NCBI GenBank assembly: GCA_020891255.1
Contig: BQFW01000011.1
Span: forward strand, 744,001 to 808,000
Source of the DNA: Entomortierella parvispora E1425
Lineage: Eukaryota; Fungi; Mortierellomycota
Length of the DNA: 64,000 nucleotides
Direction: 5' to 3'
Shown here: in pieces, positions 1 through 11,650 of the stretch
Position numbering within the stretch: position 1 is the first letter of the stretch
How the letters are laid out: every line of letters begins with the position of its first letter
Translations under genes and position numbers: made by a program
The notes under the pieces: generated by a model
What the model saw: only the letters and a program-made list of their open reading frames with translations
The model's database searches: none
Told to the model about the DNA's origin: nothing

Positions 1-428
1 TTTGCGGTGGCGATCAGAGCCTGCTCCTGCATGGACTTGATCTCCCTGATCAGGTACTCTTCTGCATCAACCATCTGGATCGTTCCCACCAACCTCAGTC
101 CGATATCCTCAGAAAGCGTCTTTGTGATTTTGCGGACATTAGCCTCGGAGTATTGAGTGATACCGGTCTTAGGGTCAAAAGGTTCGTTCAAAGGCGTGGG
201 CAGTCGTGTGTTACCCCAGTGCGCAACTGAGACCAGGACGACCAAGAATCCGAGAAGATAAGTCCAGGAGGAGAAGATGGATCGGGAGGAGTGATGCACA
301 TGCGCTTTGGTTGAGTGGGACTGGAGAGTCTTCCCTCTGAGATCCTGGCTGCCTGGCAATGATGAGCCACGGTTGCCGGAGCGAGGGGACCTTCCCCCGT
401 TTTGGTGGCGCTGCTTCAGAGCCGGCAT
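1..428 (-). CDS. ER membrane metallopeptidase (M28/ERMP1-like), 5' part, runs off the window
   Basis: Manual translation from ATG at 428: MPALKQRHQ...YLLGFLVVLVSVAHWG (TM) ...RLPTPLNEPF...YSEANVRKITKTLSEDIGLRLVGTIQMVDAEEYLIREIKSM, which resembles the ERMP1/FXNA N-terminus (LPxP, FSExxA, IGxRxVG). Frame is open to the window edge. Confidence 0.7.
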   Translation of the reverse strand, partial: MPALKQRHQNGGRSPRSGNRGSSLPGSQDLRGKTLQSHSTKAHVHHSSRSIFSSWTYLLGFLVVLVSVAHWGNTRLPTPLNEPFDPKTGITQYSEANVRKITKTLSEDIGLRLVGTIQMVDAEEYLIREIKSMQEQALIATA

Positions 429-1213
429 TGTATTTGTAAGCGAGCAATAATTCTTTTCAAGAGCGCGCTGAGCTTGTTTGTGTGTATATTTGTCTCTGTA
501 CGTGGTCTATGCCTATGTGTTTGTGAGCGACAGCACGGCAAAGGCAAATAAAGCAAGGGAGGATGGATGTTAGAAAGGGTATATGATATCTGAAAAAAGA
601 GAGAAGGAAAAGAAAGAAGGAAAAAGCGAGAGCAAGACCGGTATTTATGAGGATGAAATTCGCTCGTCTCACTAAGGTTCATCACGCAGATGCGGGCACG
701 GCGGATGGACTATGGACAACAAGAAAGGGTCAAGGTCTTCCGTGAGTGCAGCAGTGAAAGGGGTCCCCTGGGGTCGATAACGGTACGTTCCTGTATCGGC
801 AAACATCGCACAACCGCTGCAAGGAAAGGCCGAACCCCCTCGCATTATTGACGCCCTCAACGGGCATGGGCTGGTCTTTGTCGCCCCGTTTAGGCGAAAG
901 CGCGGTCAATTGATGACATCAAAGACCATGATACCTCTCTATCGGGTATCGGTTTCAGAGCAAAGTCAATTTCAAAGAAACCCGAACGTCACCGGAACTT
1001 TCATCGCGCGGAAAGACATCCATGTCCCAGAAAGGCGAGAACAGGCCACGCTGCCATTGGCCGCCACTGCGATCGAGAGATGCCACTTCAGCGGGTATCT
1101 GAGTGCAGCGCAGACTTGCCTCTTCTTCTCTTTACTCCACCTCTTGACTTCGCTTTATCCCTTCCCCCCCATCCTACCTGCACCCCTCTTTCCACCCCAC
1201 AATCTCTTCAAAC

Positions 1214-2293
1214 ATGTCATTGGCCAAGCAAAACTTTTCTTCTGCCTCTGAAGAGGCGATTAACCACCAGGTACAAATCGCAATGCATTCTTTCCCACAT
1301 TGGTTAGCATGCTCACATGCAGCTGCCCATGTGTTGCTCTTTGAATGTACCCTCTCTTTTGAGGGTCTTCTGTCGGCCTGTATTATGTTCTTCTGTTTCC
1401 CCGCCTTTGTTCTAACCCCTTCAATTGGCCCATCAATTGTTTTAACAGATCAGCCAGGAGCTCCAGGCCTCCCAGGTCTACTTGTCCTTGGCTGCATGGG
1501 CTGGCCACGTCAACCAGGCTTTGCCTGGTCTCGAGAAGTTCTTCAAGGAGAGCGCTGAAGAAGAGCGTGAGCATGCTCAGAAGCTGATTGACTACCAGAA
1601 CCGTCGTGGTGGCAAGGTCATCCTCCAGACGCTCCAGGCCCCTGAGGCCGACTGGTCCTCTGCTCGTAACGCCATCGAATCGACTCTTCAGCTCGAGAAG
1701 GGTGAGTAACAATCCCTTTTTACTCTTTATTGCCCAGCATAATCTTTTTTCCCGGAAAACGATGCCCTTGTCTTGCGTAGACAGTCATTCACCCTCCCAT
1801 GTGGGCTCAGAGAGTGAGGGGTGGATGTTGGAACGCAACTGGAGAAGACAGATGTTGATGTTTACGAGTCAAAGCGCAAATCTCAAAGCACAAGAGAGAA
1901 GAGGAGTAACAAATCGACTGACCTATTTTACCACATTTGCTCCAAACAAAATAGATGTCAACAAGAGCTTGCTTAACCTTCACAAGGTTGCTGAGGAGAA
2001 CAACGACCCCCAGTTGTGCGACTTTATCGAGACTGAGTACCTCGAGGAGCAGGTCGAGGCCATCAAGAAGATTGCTGACCTTGTCACTCAGTTGAACCGC
2101 GTCGGTGGCGACGGTCTTGGATGTAAGTCATCTCTTTCTTGCTGGATCGCTACCACTGACTTTTTTTTTTTTTTTTTTTTTTTGAGCTATCTGCACCTGC
2201 ACTTGTTTGCTAACCTTTTGGATCGTTGTCCTATATCAATTTACCTTAGTGTACCTCTGGGACCAGGAGCTGCTTAAGCATCATGCCGCCTAA
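1214..2293 (+). CDS. Ferritin (H-type), 4 exons
   Basis: Joined exons give [32 protein letters not shown]...[25 protein letters not shown]...[75 protein letters not shown]. Ferroxidase-type motifs present; GT-AG introns. Confidence 0.95.
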
Positions 2294-3538
2294 ACTATAC
2301 CAGATTTTCCATTCGCCTCTCATCCTCTTCCGGAACAACGACCACAAAAAAAAGTGCTACCTGCAGAATAAAATGTATATACAACGACAGATGATGACCT
2401 TTGCCCTCGCCTGCTGACGTCTAGTGCTCACAATGGTTGCTTCATACATCACCTCATTGAACACAGATGGTGCTGGAATACATACGGACGCCAATTCAAG
2501 ACTTTTTTTCAATTTCTGACTCGCGATCTCCACCGCACGTAATTGTATTTGTAATTGAAATCCTGGGAACAAACTTGTGATGAAATGTGGCCCCTTTTTT
2601 GCTCGATCATGCCCAGTGGATAGAGCCTTCGATTCCAATGTTGTTTGGAAGGACAAGGTGTTCACAAAAAGTTTGCGTGTGAAAGACGTGCGATACAAAT
2701 GTATGTAAAACACATTCAGGACAGCCCACGCAGCATAATATCTTGCAAGTGAAGACGAATATGACCATGCTCACCGTACCTGTAAGGATGAGGAACTTTG
2801 CGCGCTAGTCGTCTCTGGATCATTCATTCGCCGCCCTTTTTTCTTTTTTTTTTTTCTTGTCGAAGGGTCCCTCGCATTATTGTCTGTTAATTGTAAGTAC
2901 ACATACGCAGTGTGCGCCTGCTCCACCCAAGGGAAACGGACTAAATAAAATGCTTTTGCATTGCACAACCCGTCTATGACGGCCCATGCACCCTGGTTTC
3001 GTAGCACCGCGACCAAAGGGTGGGAGCTTCTGGCTTGCTACAGCAAGGCCAGGTCCAGTCCCCTCTGTGGCCTTTCATGCTCGTTCGTCACTAGTTTCCG
3101 AGATCTTTTTCCAAGAAGTACTTCACTTCCCCTGTTCTTTCCATGACGTTCAGCACGCGCTTTCCTTGGTATTCATCTAAGACATCTTTGTCCGCAGCCT
3201 TGTGGAGTCTCTTCATCCTTGTCACATCAAACCTGTCCCGGTTAAACTTACCAAAGTTACTCTTGCTACCTCCGTGTCCGCCAGCACGGGTACCCGGTTC
3301 CTCAGGCCTGGTACGTTTGCTCACACCAGTAACTCCGATAGACTTCTCCCAGTCCACAGTCTTTTTGCAATGTGGATTCCAAATCCCTGCTCGGCCGAGG
3401 GCGCGCAAAAAGAGGGCGCGCAACAAGGGTCCATTCATCAGGCGTGTCGGCGGTCAGGTGATCGGAAGTCATGTGATCAGACGCGGAGCTGGCGGGGATA
3501 AAAGCAGTCTGATTCACGACAAAAGATATATCAAAAAA

Positions 3539-3609
3539 GCGTGGTTGGTTTAGTGGTATAATTACCGCCTGCCACGCGGTAGACCCGGGTTCGATTCCCG
3601 GACCACGCA
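3539..3609 (+). tRNA. tRNA-Gly (anticodon GCC), intronless
   Basis: GCGTGGT/ACCACGC acceptor stem, ACCGC-CTGCCAC-GCGGT anticodon arm, CCGGG-TTCGATT-CCCGG T arm, 71 nt, followed by a T-rich terminator. Confidence 0.97.
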
Positions 3610-4142
3610 TTCTTTTGCTACCGTCTCCTCTTATTGACGGCCAAGCTCGCTTGGACGACCTGCTTTTTGACAACCAGCGTGTCTGCCGCGGAACGACAGG
3701 AAGGATAACTGTTCTTTTTTGTTTTACTCGGTCAAAAGTCTCCCAAGCATTGATGGGCCCATTCTCGATCAGGATCGCAAGGTGCGACATATAGTTGACC
3801 GTAGCCAAAGACTGTGGGAGTCCTACTCCGTGTAGGTTTGTGGTTGATCGATGATGCACTCCTCTAAGAACCAGTAGGATGCATGGTGGCGATGCCATAC
3901 GCCGTCAGGGTACGGAGCTGCTTTTCCTGTTCTTTTTCACCATTGTCGTATCTGCGCTCGCGTTTCATCGCTGTCAACGAGGACTCAAGCGACTCTATCG
4001 ATTTTGCAAAGAGTAGGTGTTTATTGTACAAAGGAAAAGGAATGTGTTCAGCGGATACTATTTTTCAGGTGGCAACGAGCATGCATGGTAGAGAAAGAGT
4101 GGTAGAGAGCGCATATGCAATCTGTTGCAATTGCCAGGGTGT

Positions 4143-5793
4143 TCACACGCTGACTGTTCTGATGCTTGGAGGAGAGCTTGATTTGCGGGAATGGCTGCCG
4201 CGTGCAGGTATCTCATCCTTCATTTTTGACCAGAGCCACACTAGCCTTTGGAAAATGAATTTCGCATCATCTTTCCAAACGCTACTGCTGTAGTCTATGA
4301 TCCGTCCTAGTCCAGTCATCCTGTATGAGACGGTTTCATATCCATTCATCGTGCACTCGATCAATAGCCACTGACTGGCATCGGTGACAATCCCATATGA
4401 TCTCATCTGCGTCAGCAACTCTTCCTCCCCATCGACATCACCACGCCCGCGCTTGCGCTTCTTACTTGTCAAAGCCGCTTCCAACTGTACGATGTTTTGA
4501 GCAACCCCTTGCACAAAATCCTCTTTCTTCACTTCTGTTACACCAAGTGTGAAATCGGAATCATCCCGAGAATGCACGGAATAATCCACCGGTCCATTAC
4601 CACGACGACCACTGAGAGTCCGTTCCGCCGCAAGAAACAGGTCTTCTTTGAATAGTCTTGTCACCTTGACCAAAAATGAGCCAACTATCATCGACTTTGT
4701 GGCTTCGTTTGCGCCAACCAGGTTCAATGTGTCCACCATCGACTCGACGTCGTCGGTAAGTTGTGCCAGAATCTTCTTTTCAAGATCCGAGTCAAGCGGC
4801 GCAGCCTTGACACCCGTGAAGGGAGGAATGACTTCTAGACCTGGATCGTCAGATAGAGATAGTTGGTATTCCGTGCAAACATCCTTGAACTTCCAAAGAC
4901 CGAAACTCTTGGTCGGGGTCTCAAGAGAGATGGAAAGATTGGTTTTGCGGCTCTTCTTGGCGATTCTGAGTATTCTGCGGAGATCCGAATCATGACGAAT
5001 GGATTCAGGCTTGGACTGACCACTATAAACGAATATTTCCAGGTTGCCTTGAGCGTATTGAGGATACTCGGCAATTATTTTGCTTTTCAAGTCGTCAAGA
5101 ATCGCTTCATCTACAATAGTAGACCAGGTGAATGCGACTTTCTTCTCTGGTTTGACGGTGAATCCAAGGCCTAGTGTTTATAAACAAAATGTCAGCATAA
5201 TGAACATTAACAATAAAAATGACACGGCACAAACATCTTTTTGTTCATTTACTGATAGATGAATCTTCCATCTCGGACAGCTGTTTGCGCAATGCTTCCA
5301 ACTCGAGCGATTGTGCTGTGCTTGTAGCTAGTTTAGATATTGTTGATTAGTAAGCGAGCACGGATCATGTAGCCAGAGGGCAGAGTTCTTTTAGAGAGCT
5401 GCTTTCCTCTGGCTACCGTGCAATAGAAGAGAGTTGGCAATAAGAGGGGTTTGAGAGCATACCTTTGGGCCGCTCCACAAAGATGTATGTATTTTCGTCA
5501 GGACTCTCTGGGAAGAGCTCAGAAAGCCTTGTCCTCGGGTTGTCAAGTTCTGTCTTGTCCTCCAAAGCATCGGCTGTGATTTTGCACTTTTTCTCCCTCT
5601 TGTCAATGGGGATTGTCGCCCGCCAAAGAATCAAGTCGTTGGCGTCAATGTGCTCGAATGCGTTTGTCTTTTCTCCAAACACGGCTTTCTTGAGAGCGCC
5701 AACCGTTTTGCTCGACGATGCTTCGACAGGGAATGCTGTTGACAATAGCTCGCCACTGATGAGACAGAAGAATGTGAGTGTGTCGACCTCCAT
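4143..5793 (-). CDS. Crinkler (CRN)-like effector with C-terminal PD-(D/E)xK restriction-endonuclease-like domain
   Basis: Exon 1 LTFFCLISGE...AFPVEASSSKTVGALKKAV...IDANDLILWRATIP...TYIFVERPK is a CRN N-terminal ubiquitin-like domain. Last exon contains GRRGNGPVDY...LGVTEVKKEDFVQGVAQNIVQLE and KKRKR. Confidence 0.85.
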
Positions 5794-6278
5794 GCATGAA
5801 TGATTGCAGAAAAGGCGATTTGTGATTGGAATTTGTAAAAGTCGAAGAAGACGCGAGGTGAAGTCTCAACATCGTCCAGGACAAGGAGGACAAGACTTCG
5901 TTTAATTTATTATATAGAACTTTCAGCCAATCAGAAGTGTACTATGTATGTTGGAATAAAAAATGAAGCGAATTTGGAATATTTCCACCGAATTACTGCC
6001 GGATTGTGGAAGGGCTTGCAAATGCAGCCCCGGGATGAAGACTGGGCTCGCGATGCATCAATCCAGGGAGGATGATCAACACTCCCATCCGACAGCAATC
6101 CAACAACTCAACAATCCAACAGACGATTCAACAATCCAATCAGACCATCCGACAATTCAAACAATCCAGACAATCCAGCCCAGCTTAAAAGTCATGCGGA
6201 GATATTTGACATTCTCAGCCTCTCTCTTTCTCTCAAATGTCCTTGTTGAATCCTCATCAATGGAGTCGAAGTCTGCCC

Positions 6279-7733
6279 ATGGCACCCTCGTCATGTAGTA
6301 CCGCAGGGACGCATTCTCTGTTCCGACAGGTGCAATCCCCCCAGGTGCATCGCTGCAAAAGGATCCTCGTCACCGTTCCTGACAACTGCGTGCCCGCCTT
6401 CACGCGGACACGGTCGCGGGATCATACACAGGCCCCCGCAGCCAGGATTACCTCGATAACCCCACCCAATGCTACCCCCTCAACCCTGTGGACAGGGCGT
6501 CAATGTATCCCGCAGGTTCAGCTGAACCTGTCGTGTCGACGCTTCCTGTCTTCGACTCTGTCCCCCTGCCAAAGATCGTCTGGGAATACAGCGGAGCCGT
6601 ACACCATCCAATTTTCGGACCAGACACAAGGGCTGGACTTCGATCAATGCAAGAACCCCACACAGCTGAAGAAGAGCATCTCCTCTTACCTGAAAAGTCA
6701 TCCAGAGGTTAGTGACCAGGCGCTGGAAGCTATGCTGCTGGCATGTGCCCAACTTTCAAGGACGGCCATGGTGGCCCAGGAGCGCCAATCCCCCAAAAGA
6801 GGAAGCGCTGCTCCTCGAGGAGCAAACGTTCAGAGCCAACACTCCCCGAAATCCAACGACAGCAGAGAAAGCCCTGGTTTTCGCCCGAACTTACTGGACA
6901 CTATCCTTAAGTCCTCCGTTTTCACATCCGATTTGGTGTTTGACATTGCCTGCTCCTTACACGACGACGTTGCAAGAGGTTTACCATTCACAGTCGATGC
7001 TATTCCCAAACTTGATTCTGAAATGCCACGGAAGGGCACGCAAACACCCTCGCTGCAGGTTACAAATGCTTTCCTCAACGTCTGTGCCATGACAGGACAG
7101 TTTGAAAAGGCGATAACCCTCTTATTGGAAATGCGACAACGGCCACAGGGAGATGTCAAGCCAGATTTGACTACGTATAAACTTGTATTGAGAGCTGCCG
7201 CAGTGCATGGTCGAGACCTAGGATCCGCAGCAGAACAGGAGGAGCATGCTCGGCGCGTGGATGACATCCTCGACAAGGCCACGAGTACACTCGCGAGACA
7301 GGCGCAGGTGGCCCTTTGGATGAAGATGGGACTTGGTGGACTCGTTGGAGCGACTGTAGGAAAATTCACAATGATGGGCGTCATGGCGTTGCCGACCTCT
7401 GGTCTCTTTGAGAGTGGTACTCAGAATTCCGCAGGGGGTCATGAGCACACTGTGGCTATGGATCCTTCTGTTCCTGGAGAAGGAATGCTCCATATCCTCG
7501 CCACACAGGAGGTGGCCCTCGGTATAGGGTTGGCCGTAGGGATGATGACGGCAGGCTACGTTATCCTGGGAAGCACTCGTCAGCAAGCAGGAACGGCGGT
7601 CCGTAGACACAGCCATCCGCGTGGCTTACCGAAGCTCCCAAGGGCACAGTTCTTTGGACTTTACTTCCCAGACTTGGTGACTACTCGGAAAAACGAGATC
7701 CGGACTTACCTTCAGCAGTCCATGGATATTTAG
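6279..7733 (+). CDS. PPR-motif-containing protein with C-terminal hydrophobic helices, possibly mitochondrial
   Basis: Single long ORF. TNAFLNVCAMTGQFEKAITLLLEMRQR..DVKPDLTTYKLVLRAAA fits a PPR consensus; basic/Ser-rich N-terminus; two Gly-rich hydrophobic segments near the C-terminus. Confidence 0.6.
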   Translation: MAPSSCSTAGTHSLFRQVQSPQVHRCKRILVTVPDNCVPAFTRTRSRDHTQAPAARITSITPPNATPSTLWTGRQCIPQVQLNLSCRRFLSSTLSPCQRSSGNTAEPYTIQFSDQTQGLDFDQCKNPTQLKKSISSYLKSHPEVSDQALEAMLLACAQLSRTAMVAQERQSPKRGSAAPRGANVQSQHSPKSNDSRESPGFRPNLLDTILKSSVFTSDLVFDIACSLHDDVARGLPFTVDAIPKLDSEMPRKGTQTPSLQVTNAFLNVCAMTGQFEKAITLLLEMRQRPQGDVKPDLTTYKLVLRAAAVHGRDLGSAAEQEEHARRVDDILDKATSTLARQAQVALWMKMGLGGLVGATVGKFTMMGVMALPTSGLFESGTQNSAGGHEHTVAMDPSVPGEGMLHILATQEVALGIGLAVGMMTAGYVILGSTRQQAGTAVRRHSHPRGLPKLPRAQFFGLYFPDLVTTRKNEIRTYLQQSMDI

Positions 7734-8529
7734 GTTCTTCTAAAAGAAAGGCAGTACGATTAAAAAATAGAAAGAAAACAATGATGTCGTGTAAAAGAGC
7801 GGGAGCTGGGGTAGACAACTTGATCCTTCTTCCTTTCCCCAGAACTAGCGTCATGGCCCTTTTTATTCTTTATGGACATTCCCAAGTACACCGGGAAAAC
7901 AGCGATCGACTGAACTGTACCTCATTACTGTATATATTTTTTGTAGACTTAGTGCCGTAAGTCGGATCATATGTAGTACTTCTAACGAACATTCTTCTCT
8001 TTGCTTAAGCAAGAGGGAGGGCCGTTTTGAACAGTTGGCGTTCCGTTGCCGAAGTGCATCCATTCATCCTCCCTTTTGCTATAAGTCTAGGCTGATTCCT
8101 CTCTCTGTAGCCGTTTCCCATTCTTTCATTGTGATCTTAGCCCTCTTGCATTTCCGCTTTCTTTGCTTTCCGTCTCATTGACGCCGCCGTCGCATTCTGG
8201 TTCAGGTTCAGAAGCATCCCCCAATAGGACCCTTGTCCACGATACCCTCGTCTGACCTGTGATTTCAGATTTAATTTCCTTACTACCCCACACGACGACC
8301 ACATCCGACCCTGTTCTCTTTTATACCAATAATTCCGTTGCTATCACCACACGTCTCTATCTGAAGTGTTACCTTGCATACCATCTTGGATTTGACCATC
8401 TCCTTGAGGCAAATTATGACTGCAAAGCTCAATTGACTCTTACGCACAACGCTCGGCCTCCCCCTCTTTTTATACTCATTGATTCTTTGTTGACTTTAAT
8501 CTCTTTTAGTTTCTGAACATCAAACTCGC

Positions 8530-11500
8530 ATGACGTCTCTGAACGCTATTCACCTCCAGGTCTTGGTGCCTGTTTATTCGTCATCCTCCAGTGCTCATGG
8601 CTCAAGCAACTCTACTGTTAATTCAAGGAGGGCCCATCGACAGGGAGATGAAAAAGAGTCTGGTAGCGACGACTCTGACGACGATTATGACGAGCAAAGG
8701 CACAGACGAGAGGCAATGCATGACCTGGAATCCGATGGACGGTATCTGAGTAATTCATATAGGCAATATGATCATTGTCATCTTTATCACCCCTAGTTCA
8801 TGGCTGCGATCATAGGCTTACTGGAACATTTTTTTTTGTTGCTGTCATTAGATGTACCAGGAGAAACAGGAGGCAACCATGATCCCAATGACAGTCAAAC
8901 AATGCTGCGGTTATCCACTGCCTACCATTCTTCGGCCTCTAGTACATCGAGTCTACGGAATTCCAGCGCAAACTCCTCGCATCGCGAATCAAGTCTGGTT
9001 TTGACCACGCCGGCCCAAACACATGGTTCATCTTTGTTTCGGTCCCATCGCAAGCACAAACACAGAGGCAGGGCTAGGGATCATTCAGAGGGGCATTCAG
9101 AGAAAAAGAAGCGCCGTCGACCGCCCTCTGTGAATGGGGTTGAGCAGGCTCTAAAGCTCAACTTTTTGAGCACTTTGGGTCCAGGCATCCCCATGACCCC
9201 AACTGCCTCTGTGTTTGGGGAGGGCCTGCCAGGATTCATCAATAGGGATCCTTCAAATCCTGGAGGGCTGTTTGGATATTCTCAAGAGGAGGAGAAGCGG
9301 CTGGTGAAGAAGATTGATTGGAGAATCATCCCGATCCTGGGGATGTTTTATGGTGTATCGACTTTGAGTAAGTGAAAGAAGCAGGGGAGGAAGAATAGGA
9401 GGCTCTGATCCATGAACGCGATTTTAACATTTACGCGACGCGACGCGTTTTTTTTTTTTTTTTTTGGTTGTTCCTTCTACTAGATCGAATCAACTTGACG
9501 AATGCACGAATGTTTGCATTCGAGAACTCATTGCATGCGACACGCGAACAGTTCAGTTGGGCCATTGCCGTATTTTATGTCGGTTATGGTCTAGCTGAGA
9601 TACCTTCCATCATGGCCTTGCTCTACTTGACTCCCAAGAACTGGCTCCCTGCTTCCATGTTCGTTTGGTTCGTGTCCTCAACAATGGCCCATAGGATTTC
9701 CTCCTTTGAGGTGATGTAGATGGCTCAGAAAGATGGCATGGGTACTAAGCTATAAGTCTTGCATCCTTTCTGGCAACGTGTTTTTTTTTTTGCTATAGGG
9801 GATGTATTACGTTCATACTGGCTTGGATGAAGACGTATCATCTGGTGCTGGTGGCGCGATTCTTTTTGGGAATTTCAGAAGCAGCCTTGATTCCAGGAGT
9901 GTTGATGTATATCTCCATGTTTTACAAGCGGTCCGAGCAAACATTTCGCTTGGCGCTGCTTCAAACGTTTAGCTCGTCCGCGGGTGCACTCGGAGGATTG
10001 ATCTCTGGCGCCATTGGCCATTTGGATGGGGTGTTAAGTCTTCATGGATGGCAGTGGATCTTTATTCTCGAGAGTATCCCCACAGTTGGATTGGCTGTTT
10101 TAGCATGGTAGAAAGAATCCCTCATTCATATTCTGACGCTCTCTCCTGTTTCCTTCCAGGAAGGCTTCTGAAATTTGAAGGTTGCCTCTCTAAAGATGCG
10201 TTATTTCTTGCCTCTTAGGTTCTTGTTGACAAAGTCCCCAGAGTCGGCCCCATGGCTGGATCAACGCGAGACCTCCATCGCCATTTACAGGATTCGGAAC
10301 GACACAAAGATTAAAGTGTCACGTAAGATCTCGAGAAGGAACATCATTGCAGCAGTGAAGGATCCAAAAGTGTACCTCTTCATGGCCATGAACCTCATCA
10401 TGACAGTCCCTAGTAAGTTTTATTTCCCCGTTCTTGCTATTCACCTTCCTCTTCCTCCAAAGGAAGCCTCGCGACGCGTTTACTTTTGTCCAACATCATT
10501 TTGTTGCGCACATTATAGTCATCTCATCCATTGGAGTCCTGACTCGCGCTTGGATGGCCATCGCCACAGCTATGAAGGACGATAAAATAATCCCTTCGTC
10601 AGTCTCTGGGGGCAGTGGCAATAGCAGTAGTATTGCTGGTATGTCTCCTGACGAGCCAATATCCATCACTGGTCCCTCCCCGGGATATCTTCAGCCGGGA
10701 GTAGAGTCGGTCTTGAAAGAACCGACCAGTTCAGCCCGAATGTTGGCCCAGCTGCTGTCCTCACCCTCCTACTTCCTGGGGGCGGTCTCGACCTTTTGTG
10801 CAGCCATCATTGCGGATCGAACACAACAGCGGGGGATAATCCTGATGGTATTGGCGGTGGTGTCGATCTTGGGGTACTGCATGGTTCTTTTGACAGAAAA
10901 TGTCTACAGTAAGTTCTTCTCTGTGTCACTTAAACCTCCTGATGAGGACGCGCCTTGCTGCACCAACTTACAGGTCTTTCTTCCCACTGATCCCTTGTTT
11001 ACTTGTTCATTGAACTAAAAACAGTCAATTACGCAGGGTCGTTAGTGATCAGTATGGGCCAGACTCCGATGACGCCGATTGTCACTTCATGGCTCACGAC
11101 CAACCTGGGAGGCTACGCCAAAAAAGCTGTCGCCGTCGCCATGTTTCTGCTCTCGTCCAGTATAGCAGGTGTCATGGGCTCCCAGCTTTACAAATCACGC
11201 GATGCTCCTCATTACAGTAACGTCCCCTCTTTGCAACCTTACTTTATCTTCTCTTGCGTCCTTTGATCCTCGTTGCACCCACTAACACTAATCTCTTTAA
11301 CAAAAAAAAAAAAAAAAAAAAAAAAAACTTGTATAGCGAAAGGACACTTGGTCAACATGGGATGCCTTTTGTTTCTGATCATCTTTGCCAGCATACAGCG
11401 GTTCATGCTCAAAGCCGAGAACAATCGCCGGAATTATTCGGTCAGTTTTGGTGTGAACCCGCTCAAGTTTCTCTCCAAGGCTGAGCTGCGAGATCTGAAT

Positions 11501-11533
11501 GATGGACACCCAGCCTTCAGATACACACTATAA
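8530..11533 (+). CDS. MFS transporter, anion:cation symporter (allantoate/Dal5-like) family, multi-exon
   Basis: EEKRLVKKIDWRIIP, DRINLTNAR, RFFLGISEAALIPG, YKRSEQTFRLA, LHGWQWIFILESIPT, LNDGHPAFRYTL*. The 5' exon is uncertain. Confidence 0.9.
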
Positions 11534-11650
11534 CGGCTAATGAAAACAGCTTGCAACAACAATGACAATCTGGGAAGCGTGGTTTTGCACTTTTTCTTTT
11601 AATTTACTCCATTGCGTTTTGGTTCGAATGAAGGTCTTTTGGTGGAGGAA

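Noticed and set aside
1080-1213. Iron-responsive element upstream of ferritin
   Set aside because: No CAGUGN loop hairpin; GAGTGC at ~1101 lacks a complementary stem.
3302-3898. 198-aa minus-strand ORF
   Set aside because: It runs antisense across the tRNA-Gly gene, whose sequence explains part of the translation; no recognisable motif.
9433-9448. ACGCG repeats as MCB cell-cycle boxes
   Set aside because: They lie within an intron of the MFS gene next to a poly-T tract; likely a microsatellite.
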